From: Minisyncoccota bacterium
Lineage (GTDB): Bacteria; Patescibacteriota; Minisyncoccia; Phycocordibacterales; PALSA-1337
Direction of reading: 5' to 3'
Assembly (NCBI GenBank): GCA_036516895.1
Contig: DATDZD010000002.1
Location: 13,769 to 77,768 of the forward strand
Length of the DNA stretch: 64,000 bases
The notes under the pieces are model-generated. The model saw only the letters and a program-made list of their open reading frames with translations. It had not been told where the DNA came from and did not search any database. Made by a program: the position numbers and the translations under genes. Positions 52,673 to 60,734 of the stretch are shown here, piece after piece (position 1 is the first letter of the stretch; each line of letters opens with the position of its first letter).

Positions 52673-53317
52673 AAATAGAATTTACATACGACATAAACAA
52701 AGACATCGAGAACTTTATCAATGGAACGAGAGCGGTAAACAGCAAAAAACCGACAAAAGTTTCAGACCTCATTTTCTGAAAAGTATGGTGATACTTTTAA
52801 AGTAGAAAAGGTCAAAGCGTTCATAGAGGAACAAGATAAAACAAACAACTTTGATGCGAATAAAGAAATTGTTGCTGTTGAAGAAAGGTGGAAAATTGCC
52901 GAACCTGTTTTCATTGAGCGAGTAGAAAAGATATTTGGCATTTCCTACCCCGTGCCGATTATTACCGTTTATTTGACCCATAATGAGCGTTGCACCTACA
53001 ACATCGAGCAGGACTACTTTTTCGTCAGAATTGGCTCGGAATTTTCCAATAACACGATAATGCACGAACTTTTGCATTTCTACACTTGGCACGCTTTCGG
53101 TAAAAAGTTATTGGACGAAGGGCTTTCAAAATTGACATACAACAATATTAAAGAATCTTTAACTGAAATTTTGAATCTTGAGTTTTTCGATTTGCTGAAA
53201 GGGAAGCCCGATAGTGGCTATCCACAACATCAGGAAATGCGTACTAAAGTCAAAAAAATATGGCTGGAGAAGAAAGATGTGAAACCGGTTATTGATGGTA
53301 TTCTTGGAGATGAATAA
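52669..53317 (+). pseudogene. Frameshifted HExxH (zinc metallopeptidase-like) gene
   Basis: ATG at 52669 (MKIEFTYDINKDIENF...KKPTK) stops at ~52779; removing one A near 52755-52758 joins it to the 52952..53317 frame containing HELLH...E. Confidence 0.7.
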
Positions 53318-53431
53318 TTTAAGAAATAAAATTTTTAAAATAGAAGATATTCAAGAATTATTCGCATCGGTAAAAGACAATTTGTAAAAATTATGACGAA
53401 ATAGAAGTATTACTATAAAAATAATCATCTG

Positions 53432-53472
53432 ACAACAAAATCTCCACTTCCCGCAAGGGGATTTTTTGTTGT
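53432..53472. terminator. Intrinsic terminator
   Basis: ACAACAAAATCTCC...GGGGATTTTTTGTTGT hairpin with a T-tract. Confidence 0.65.
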
Positions 53473-53579
53473 GTAAACTAAATTTTATCAAAATTTTATT
53501 ATTTTTTCATTAAAACTTTATCTCGGTTTGATATGGTTTCTAAGTAATTTACATTATTAGCTTAAAAACACATATTATT

Positions 53580-53948
53580 ATGGAAACACAAACAGGTATA
53601 GGAGAATTTGGACCAATTTATGAAGGAATAAAAGGAAAATATGCTATAGATTTTTTATTGAAAAAGAAATCTGGGGAAGTTCCTGGTGCAATGAAAAGAA
53701 AAGAATTGGGAAATATTGATTTTATTTATGGAAAGCAGGGTGAGCAAGGTTACGGATTAGCTCATATTGAAGAATATCATCCAGATGTTCTTCCTTATCT
53801 TGTGTCAATTATTCAACATGGAGAAATATTCAAGCAAGCTAAAGATCGCATTATTATTGTTCATAAAGTTCCTTTAGAAAAAGGGGTGGCCGTGATAAGA
53901 CTGGATTGGAATGGTATACGGAAACAGTGGCTTGTTAGTGCTTTTTAA
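53580..53948 (+). CDS. Stand-alone PBECR-like (barnase/EndoU/colicin E5/RelE-type) nuclease domain
   Basis: LGNIDFIYG..G.GYGLAHI...H and C-terminal WLVSAF, recognised from memory of PBECR3-like domains. Confidence 0.55.
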   Translation: METQTGIGEFGPIYEGIKGKYAIDFLLKKKSGEVPGAMKRKELGNIDFIYGKQGEQGYGLAHIEEYHPDVLPYLVSIIQHGEIFKQAKDRIIIVHKVPLEKGVAVIRLDWNGIRKQWLVSAF

Positions 53949-54080
53949 ACGAAATCAACCCACATCCTTAGGGGATATGGGTCGCTTGCGAATTTCAGCC
54001 CCTCAAGCGATTTACATTGATTTGAGAGTAATATTATAATAACACACCGTTCTTAATAAAATCAATCAAAAATAACAATC

Positions 54081-54269
54081 CTACTCCTCCCATCTATCTT
54101 TGAAAGGATTTACTTCTTCTTCGTCCAATATTGCATCTTCCTCCAATTCTTCATCAACCTCTTCTCCCACGGCAGTTTCTGGGTCAATGATTTTTTCTTC
54201 AGCGTCAATTTCTATTATTTTTTCTTCTTCAGTGGGTCTTGTATTATTTTGTTCTTTTGTTTTAGGCAT
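54081..54269 (-). CDS. Small acidic protein
   Basis: E/D-rich, ending EEVNPFKDRWEE. Confidence 0.6.
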   Translation of the reverse strand: MPKTKEQNNTRPTEEEKIIEIDAEEKIIDPETAVGEEVDEELEEDAILDEEEVNPFKDRWEE

Positions 54270-54374
54270 ATCTTTTTGCTATTTTACTACTTTATTTAAT
54301 TTAATTTTTCCAATTGATAACTGGTTAATTATTTTATTTCCATAGTTGTAACAAAATGTCGCTTTTTTTGCAAA

Positions 54375-54950
54375 CTACCCTACCTGTGGAAAACTTTTTC
54401 CTTGGTGGGCTATGCAGGTCAGAGCCACTGCTATGGCGTCATATTCATCATCTTGTATTTTCTCATGATTTTTTCTATTGTCCACACTATTGTTTTTCTT
54501 TCTGTCCTTTTCAGTATCTTTTTTATTGTCTTTCTTATCGGTTTTCCTACTCATTTCCACCAAAAGAGGCAACATTTTTATAATCTGACTTTTATCGCTT
54601 GTACCATGTCCTGTCACAGCTATTTTTACTTGCAAGGGGGTGTATTCAAATATTGGAATATTGTTTTTAATAGCTTCATAAGATATAACCCCTTTAGCTT
54701 CAGCTACTCTCATGGCGGTTTTTTGGTTCTTTGTTATAAAGAGAGATTCAATAGCCATGGCGTCTGGACAGTGCTTCTCTATAATGTCGGCGATTTTGTT
54801 TCCAACTTTTCCCAGTCTTGTATAAAAAGGGTCTTTTGAGGAAGTTTGCAAACATTCCGAATAAAGCAGAGTTTCTTTTTGTTTAATATTTTTCTCAACT
54901 ATAGATATCCCAACTCGGTCATATCCAGGGTCAATTCCAAGTATTTTCAT
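54375..54950 (-). CDS. ruvC: Holliday junction resolvase RuvC
   Basis: ILGIDPG, AIESLF, EYTPLQVK, DD..DAIAVA. Confidence 0.95.
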   Translation of the reverse strand: MKILGIDPGYDRVGISIVEKNIKQKETLLYSECLQTSSKDPFYTRLGKVGNKIADIIEKHCPDAMAIESLFITKNQKTAMRVAEAKGVISYEAIKNNIPIFEYTPLQVKIAVTGHGTSDKSQIIKMLPLLVEMSRKTDKKDNKKDTEKDRKKNNSVDNRKNHEKIQDDEYDAIAVALTCIAHQGKSFPQVG

Positions 54951-55031
54951 ATTATTTCATTTAATTATTTTTTTCTATCCTAATTAAATCTATAATTTCT
55001 AGTTATTTTTAAGTATTTATTATCAGTATAA

Positions 55032-55562
55032 CTACTCAGCATTTGTAAATACATTTTGAACTTCATCATTTTCTTCAATTTCTTCTACTAGGGCATGAAG
55101 TTTGGAAATATCTGCTTCTTCAAGAGGTATTTCATTGTTTGCTTTCCAGCCATCGTGTGTTTTTGTAAATGCCCAAACGGCACTTCCTTGCGCTGCAAGT
55201 TCACAACCATGTTTTGAGAGTATATGTTTAATTTCTTGTGCCGCCTTATTTCTATTATCAGTTAGTGCTTCAATAAGAATGGCTGTTCCTCCCGGACCAT
55301 AAGATTCATACATCACTGTTTCCATAGCTATGCTATTATCCGTCACGGCTTTCTTGATAGCTCGTTCTATAGTGTCATTTGGCATATTTTCTTTCCTCGC
55401 TTTTTCTATAGCCATTGCCAATCCCGGGGATTTCATATTTCCACCTGCTTTCTTGGCTTCTACTGTTATCAATCTGACATATTTACCAAAAGATTTGCTC
55501 CTCTGAGCATCGTTTTTGGCTTTCTGATGTTTTATCTTTGAAAATTTATTATGTCCGGACAT
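55032..55562 (-). CDS. yebC: YebC/PmpR family protein (short form)
   Basis: MSGHNKFSKIKHQK, YESYGPGG, LTDNRNK, DEVQNVFTN. Confidence 0.93.
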   Translation of the reverse strand: MSGHNKFSKIKHQKAKNDAQRSKSFGKYVRLITVEAKKAGGNMKSPGLAMAIEKARKENMPNDTIERAIKKAVTDNSIAMETVMYESYGPGGTAILIEALTDNRNKAAQEIKHILSKHGCELAAQGSAVWAFTKTHDGWKANNEIPLEEADISKLHALVEEIEENDEVQNVFTNAE

Positions 55563-55570
55563 GGGGGTAT

Positions 55571-56434
55571 TTATGGTTTTAATTTTTTTAGCACCTCTTT
55601 TATTTCTTCTTTTTGTTTTTTCTGTAGCTCTTTCATTTCTCTCTTGTGTCTCGCCGTCATCTTTTTTATATCCTCTGCAGATGGCAATGATTCTGGATAA
55701 ATGTTTGACTTAATCAACACCCCTCTGATGTTCCTATTATTTGTTACATGCTCATTAAGTATACTACCTTTTCCTTGTAGGTCTTTTCTTTTTGTATTTT
55801 CGGTAGTTATAGCTGTTGCAAATTCTTTTGCTGAGATTGTTACCTCTGGTAAAATGTCTGCAAGCGGTGCATTTTTCTTTGCACCAAGTCTCCTTTTCAT
55901 ATCTTCTGTTGTTTTTCCACCAAATAGTGCCTTGTCACCAAAGCTTCGTATTTCAGATATACCACGACCATCTACACCTCTACCGAATACTAATACGGCG
56001 AAAGCCTTTTCAGTAATGGTTAGCTTTTCTCTAGCGCTAATTCTCTTGAGTTCTGCTATTCTTTGTTCAATCATTTCCATCTTTCTGGTTTGTGTTACAA
56101 AATATGCTTGTGCAAAGGCAATTTCTGTTTTTCGAGGATCTCCATTAAGAGTAATTAGATAACAAGCGTATCTAGTCAGCTTAATATCTGGTATTTCTTG
56201 CTTCGTGTTTTTTCCAACAATTATTAGCTTCGTGACGTCACGAAAGTGATCCGCAACAGAACCCCTGGCATTTTTACAAGCTTCTTTTGCTCTCACGATA
56301 GCCGTCTCAAAGTTTTCCCAACGCAAATAACCCAATAAAGGATACAAATCTCGTGCATACCAATACTCTACGCCATTTTCACGACGGACATTATCAAAAG
56401 TTTTGTATAGAATTTGTAATTGAGTATTTTCCAT
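55571..56434 (-). CDS. dinD: DNA damage-inducible protein D family (Bro-N-like)
   Basis: EYWYARDL..LLGY.RWENF, LTRYACYLI..NGDPRK.EIAFAQAYF. Confidence 0.88.
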   Translation of the reverse strand: MENTQLQILYKTFDNVRRENGVEYWYARDLYPLLGYLRWENFETAIVRAKEACKNARGSVADHFRDVTKLIIVGKNTKQEIPDIKLTRYACYLITLNGDPRKTEIAFAQAYFVTQTRKMEMIEQRIAELKRISAREKLTITEKAFAVLVFGRGVDGRGISEIRSFGDKALFGGKTTEDMKRRLGAKKNAPLADILPEVTISAKEFATAITTENTKRKDLQGKGSILNEHVTNNRNIRGVLIKSNIYPESLPSAEDIKKMTARHKREMKELQKKQKEEIKEVLKKLKP

Positions 56435-56537
56435 TACTCAATTTTATCACTAGAAAATATTCTGTAAACTTATCAGAGAGAATTAGTTGTTCTGTAATTT
56501 TTTCTTAGGGTAATATAATGAATATATTTTTGTATTT

Positions 56538-57296
56538 TTACTTATTATTTTCCCAAATATAATCAAACATAATACGAAATGTCTCAGTGATGTATTTACT
56601 TTCAATTACCACAGTAACAATTGATTCTTTGAAGTTGGTAATAGCTACTTTATCTCCATAAATAATGATTTGAGCGGGAATGTTTAGTTTTTCTGTAGAG
56701 ACTTTCTTTCGAGTAATGAGGTATTTCTCATCTTCTCCAACTGGCATCACGGTTAGTTGTCCTTCGACATATGGAGTAATGGCTTTTGTTCGTATATTCT
56801 TTGCTGTTTGTTTTTCTATATGCTCTTTTGTCAGATTAAGAATCTCTGGTATGGCTTTATATATAGGAGCACTTATGATTAAAATATCTTGCCCAATATC
56901 GAGAATATCCCCATGTACTCTTTCAATGCCCTCCACTCCTTCATAAAATTGGATGTTCGGTTTACCTGAAAGAGCGTTAAACTCTGATGATAATATGCCG
57001 AATATGGTACTGAAGTCTGAAAAAGCGTGGTTAAGGTTCTGTCTATTTTTCTCAACCATTTCCTTAATATTCCTAGGATGTTTTGGCAAGAAAAGTGCGA
57101 TCTTGCCTATGTCATCTCGCTTCTCAACAAGATTTAGAGCTATGAGCTGGTCAATAATTTTATATGTAAGTGCTCTACCCACAGCTGTTTTTGAAGCTAT
57201 TGTTTTTGCCGAAGAGAAGCCATTGCTTAAAAGATAGGTATATATTTTTGCTTGTTCAAGACTAAGTCCGCATTCCACTAATATTTTTTCATTCAT
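56538..57296 (-). CDS. TrmB family transcriptional regulator
   Basis: N-terminal wHTH (GLSLEQAKIYTYLL), KPNIQFYEGVEG, IIIYGDKVA. Confidence 0.85.
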   Translation of the reverse strand: MNEKILVECGLSLEQAKIYTYLLSNGFSSAKTIASKTAVGRALTYKIIDQLIALNLVEKRDDIGKIALFLPKHPRNIKEMVEKNRQNLNHAFSDFSTIFGILSSEFNALSGKPNIQFYEGVEGIERVHGDILDIGQDILIISAPIYKAIPEILNLTKEHIEKQTAKNIRTKAITPYVEGQLTVMPVGEDEKYLITRKKVSTEKLNIPAQIIIYGDKVAITNFKESIVTVVIESKYITETFRIMFDYIWENNK

Positions 57297-57395
57297 TTTG
57301 TTATATTGTTATGACAATAATATGCTTATTTATCAAGGATACTATAGAAATCGTTATAATACAAGGATTAAAGTGTGGATAAGTGTTGTTATGTA

Positions 57396-57423
57396 TTGAC
57401 AAATCTGTTCAGTATGCTATGAT
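57396..57423 (+). promoter_or_regulatory. Sigma70-type promoter driving the ribozyme-containing insert
   Basis: TTGACA-16 nt-TATGAT with extended -10 TG; ATG follows at 57434; DnaA box TGTGGATAA at 57374. Confidence 0.7.
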
Positions 57424-57433
57424 TGTTTCAGAT

Positions 57434-57781
57434 ATGAAAACAACATACTTCGGTTTCGGGATCGCTCCCAGCATGTTTCCCTCGAATTGCACCATTCGTA
57501 AGCAGGAGCTTACGGTGGAGCAGGCAAAGGAAACCATCGCCGGGGGCGTGACCTCCTGCCTCAACCCTAGCCACAAGGCGAGCATTGAGGTGATGGAGAC
57601 GAGGTTCGGCATGAAGGTGGAGATACCGGCGAAAGCGCCGAGCGTCTCCCTCCAAGCTGGAGACCGCTTGGTGGTGATGGGGGTCAGGGGACTCCCCCGG
57701 TTGGAAAACCGGCACGAGTACACCCCCGAGGAGGTGGCAGGTGCGAAGTTCGACTTCGCGCTCTTCACGGTCGGGGAGTAA
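57434..57781 (+). CDS. DUF1874 / STIV B116 / AcrIII-1 ring nuclease-like protein
   Basis: 115 aa; LTVEQAKE, SCLNPSH (cf. SAIGH), SLQAGDRLVV, PRLE..EYTPEEV, FDFALFTV follow the DUF1874 motif order; visibly GC-rich. Confidence 0.6.
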   Translation: MKTTYFGFGIAPSMFPSNCTIRKQELTVEQAKETIAGGVTSCLNPSHKASIEVMETRFGMKVEIPAKAPSVSLQAGDRLVVMGVRGLPRLENRHEYTPEEVAGAKFDFALFTVGE

Positions 57782-57958
57782 TCTCGTAGGGTTGAAGATG
57801 AACCTAAAAACTTTCCTCTCCTGCAGAGTGTGCAGAGAACATGTGATGGTACAGCATATAAATGTATCCATAATGTGATTTGGGCAACCAAGTCCGACTC
57901 TGGGGAAGCTCCAGGGCGCCTGACAAGCGGAAACTGTTGGGATGATTCATTTCATCTC

Positions 57959-58011
57959 TTGCCTCTCGGAATGTATATTCCGACTGATGAGTCCGAAAGG
58001 ACGAAAGGCAG
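57959..58011 (+). ncRNA. Type III hammerhead ribozyme 1 (CUC, cleaves after 57965)
   Basis: Stem III TGCCT/AGGCA; stem I TCGGAAT-gtat-ATTCCGA; core CTGATGA; stem II GTCC-gaaa-GGAC; GAAA. Confidence 0.92.
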
Positions 58012-58474
58012 AATATCTTTGAATTTCCTTGTGAAAGCAAGTTTGTAAGATTAGAGAATTGAGTCTTGCAGTAAAAATAAAGGTGTCATACCAAATCATG
58101 CAAGTGAGGTGAGTATGAAAAAGAAAAGCTGAAAGTGCTTTCGACCTAACTTGGCCGAGATGAACAGCCCGGCCCATCATCCAGAGAGTGACCCTGCTAC
58201 GGTACGACAGTTCATTTTGACTGTCATACCGAAATGGGATGGGTGCTTGCACCCATGTTCAAAATTTTCAGACCGATTCCTGCTAGTAAGGAATCGGTAA
58301 AGGATTTGCTCCGTAGCGTGATTGGTAACAATCAGCGTAAGGAGTGGTATAAATCCCGCTCAAGGACCACCATCCTTGAGCACTTCATTGAGTCCTTGAT
58401 TGAAAGATTATTGAGGATTCATAGAGTTTCAGTTTCAGTTTTTTAAAAATTAAATAAAGAAAGGAGGTGAAAGG

Positions 58475-58834
58475 ATGCGAAGTTCGTGTCGGGAAGACGG
58501 GAGGCGCAATACCCTTGGTTATTTCAGAGGTGCTCGGGAATTTTTTCCTCAAGGCACCTTTAAGGAAATCGAGTTAGTTGTGGCTCTCGATCCAGTCTGG
58601 CATTCATCGGATGGAATCAGCGAGGTAGTCATGGCGATTGGGGCTGCAGAGCGTAAGCTCAATAGTCTCAAAGACCGAAAGGATTACCTGGTAAGATCCA
58701 TTGCCGATGATCAGAATTGGTGGCGTCCTTCCCCAGAAATGAAACAGCTATATAGACAAGAGCTTAAAACTCTTCGTCAAGAAGCTGTGAAATTTCAGAG
58801 GGAACTGGATGAACTCCAAGCCATTATTGGATGA
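58475..58834 (+). CDS. Hypothetical protein with C-terminal coiled coil
   Basis: Preceded by AAAGAAAGGAGGTGAAAGG-ATG; lies between the two ribozymes. Confidence 0.7.
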   Translation: MRSSCREDGRRNTLGYFRGAREFFPQGTFKEIELVVALDPVWHSSDGISEVVMAIGAAERKLNSLKDRKDYLVRSIADDQNWWRPSPEMKQLYRQELKTLRQEAVKFQRELDELQAIIG

Positions 58835-58972
58835 CCGCAGGAAAGACTGCCAAAGGATCACTCCAACCTTTGTAATAGAAGAGTGAAAAGTTCACCTGAA
58901 CAAGGATGAAACTTTTGTCACCGTCATAAAATGGTGAGTTGGGGTTGCAGACCCTGGGGATCGTAAGATTCT

Positions 58973-59027
58973 CTTCTGTCTCGGAATATGTATTCCGACT
59001 GATGAGCTCAAAAGAGCGAAACAGAAG
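58973..59027 (+). ncRNA. Type III hammerhead ribozyme 2 (GUC, cleaves after 58980)
   Basis: Stem III CTTCTGT/ACAGAAG; stem I TCGGAAT-atgt-ATTCCGA; CTGATGA; stem II GCTC-aaaa-GAGC; GAAA. Confidence 0.93.
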
Positions 59028-59073
59028 TTTTTATAAATATTTTTTAAATCAAAAAAAGAAAGGAGGTGAAAAA

Positions 59074-59406
59074 ATGAAAATCGTGCGTTTGGAGCCAGAG
59101 AAGATTCTCGAAGCGATTCGTATCGCAAGTGAGAGTTTTGGAACATTCCACTTTACTCATCTGCCGGAGAGGATCAGGGATGGTGTAGATGAGCTTGCAG
59201 AGGATTTTAGGCTATACTCGTTTTGGGAAAGTAGCGACTTTTGTTGCTGTTTTTCTCCAAAGTGGGCTGCTGAAGATGCCTCTGATAGGGGAATGGCGGT
59301 GGATTCCAAGGATCTCGCGAAAAGGAAGAAGGGATTCGCAAAAGTCTGCCAAATTTTTGGCTGTTCAGCTAAGGATGAGGTGGTTGGGATCCGTCCAATT
59401 CTTTGA
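59074..59406 (+). CDS. Hypothetical Cys-containing protein
   Basis: Preceded by AAAGAAAGGAGGTGAAAAA-ATG (MKIVRLEP...); starts ~46 nt after ribozyme 2. Confidence 0.72.
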   Translation: MKIVRLEPEKILEAIRIASESFGTFHFTHLPERIRDGVDELAEDFRLYSFWESSDFCCCFSPKWAAEDASDRGMAVDSKDLAKRKKGFAKVCQIFGCSAKDEVVGIRPIL

Positions 59407-59539
59407 GCTTCTAAAACTGCGACCTACGGCACGCGGGGAAGAGTAACTTCCTGGCAACAGAATTGTTACAGGAGAATCCATGATTCTCCAATTTATTAAT
59501 TTCGTAACTCGCGTTGTGAATTTATAGATTAAAAAATAG

Positions 59540-60589
59540 TTACAACAATTTTCCAGACCCCTTTATCTCCAAATGCGCGTACGCCTTCTCTGTCGGAGCT
59601 CGCCCGCGAGGTGTGCGCTCGAGAAGGCCGAGCTGGATTAAATACGGTTCGTACACTTCCTCTATCGTCGCTTGTTCTTCGGAAAGGGCGGCGGCTATGG
59701 TATTTAAGCCAACGGGCTTGCCACCGAATTTGTTTATCATTGTCTTCAATATATCTCTATCTGCACCGTTCAATCCCAAATGGTCCACACCCAACATTTT
59801 TAACGCTTTCTCAACTATATCTTGAGAGAGAGATGTTTTCTCAATCTGGGCGTAATCTCTGCATCTTTTTAGAAAATAGTTTGCTGTTCTTGGAGTAAAT
59901 CTGCTTCTTGACGCTATGGCTTTTATGGCGTCTGGGTGAATATCAATATCAAGTATCTTTGCTGACCTTTTTATAATTTCTCCTATTTCGCTTTCAGTAT
60001 AAAATTCAAGCTTGAAAACTCCACCAGAAAAACGAGAACGCAGGGGAGAAGAAATCATAGCTATGCGAGTAGTAGCGGCAATAAGTGTAAAAGAGGGAAG
60101 TTCAAGCTGAATAGTTCTAGCCGAAGGTCCTTTTCCAATGATAATATCAAGCGTCCCAGTTTCCATAGCTGGGTAAAGCACTTCTTCAATAGCTTTGTTT
60201 AGCCGATGTATTTCGTCTATAAAAAGAATATCTCCGTGAGATAGATTTGTAAGAATTGAAGCCAAATCTCCTATCTTTAATATAGCAGGTCCAGAAGTGA
60301 CTTTCATTTGAGCTTCTGTTTCTTTTGAAATGAGATGAGCTAGTGTTGTTTTTCCCAAGCCGGGCGGTCCATAGAAAAGAATATGCTCTGGAGGGTGATT
60401 GCGCTCTTTTGCCGCAGTTAAAAGTATATGCAGATTATCCTTTATTCCTTTTTGTCCTATATATTCTGCCCAACGGCCTGGACGCAAGGTCTGGTCAAGG
60501 TAACCGGACTCGCTATTTCTGTCAGTCACCCTATCTCTCGTCGCGTTTTTTTTCTTGCCATTTTCTGTTTTGGGTGATATTTTTTTCAT
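59540..60589 (-). CDS. ruvB: Holliday junction branch migration helicase RuvB
   Basis: LRP...YIGQ, GPPGLGKTTLA, LFIDEIHRL, EPYLIQ, RTPRGR. Confidence 0.97.
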   Translation of the reverse strand: MKKISPKTENGKKKNATRDRVTDRNSESGYLDQTLRPGRWAEYIGQKGIKDNLHILLTAAKERNHPPEHILFYGPPGLGKTTLAHLISKETEAQMKVTSGPAILKIGDLASILTNLSHGDILFIDEIHRLNKAIEEVLYPAMETGTLDIIIGKGPSARTIQLELPSFTLIAATTRIAMISSPLRSRFSGGVFKLEFYTESEIGEIIKRSAKILDIDIHPDAIKAIASRSRFTPRTANYFLKRCRDYAQIEKTSLSQDIVEKALKMLGVDHLGLNGADRDILKTMINKFGGKPVGLNTIAAALSEEQATIEEVYEPYLIQLGLLERTPRGRAPTEKAYAHLEIKGSGKLL

Positions 60590-60734
60590 ATAGGTTGAGA
60601 AGATGTCTATATATTTATCATTGACATATCAATCAAACTGTGCTAGTCTTTCCATATTGATTGATTAAGATTGATATTAAATGGTAATGGGAAAGTAGTT
60701 TATAGTATAGCACTTTGTATGAAAGCTTCGGATT

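Noticed and set aside
56229-56244. Palindrome TTCGTGACGTCACGAA in dinD
   Set aside because: Single occurrence within a conserved coding segment; does not match parS
58234-58446. 70-aa ORF between the ribozymes
   Set aside because: No SD, start buried in a hairpin, no recognisable motif; possible but unsupported
57966-58980. Integrated Obelisk/viroid or retrozyme copy
   Set aside because: No recognisable Oblin or RT, no long terminal repeats beyond the ribozyme cores, and no evident full-length rod fold by eye
59407-59495. Possible third ribozyme (twister/pistol/hammerhead) after the last insert ORF
   Set aside because: Hairpins are present but I could not match any catalytic core consensus
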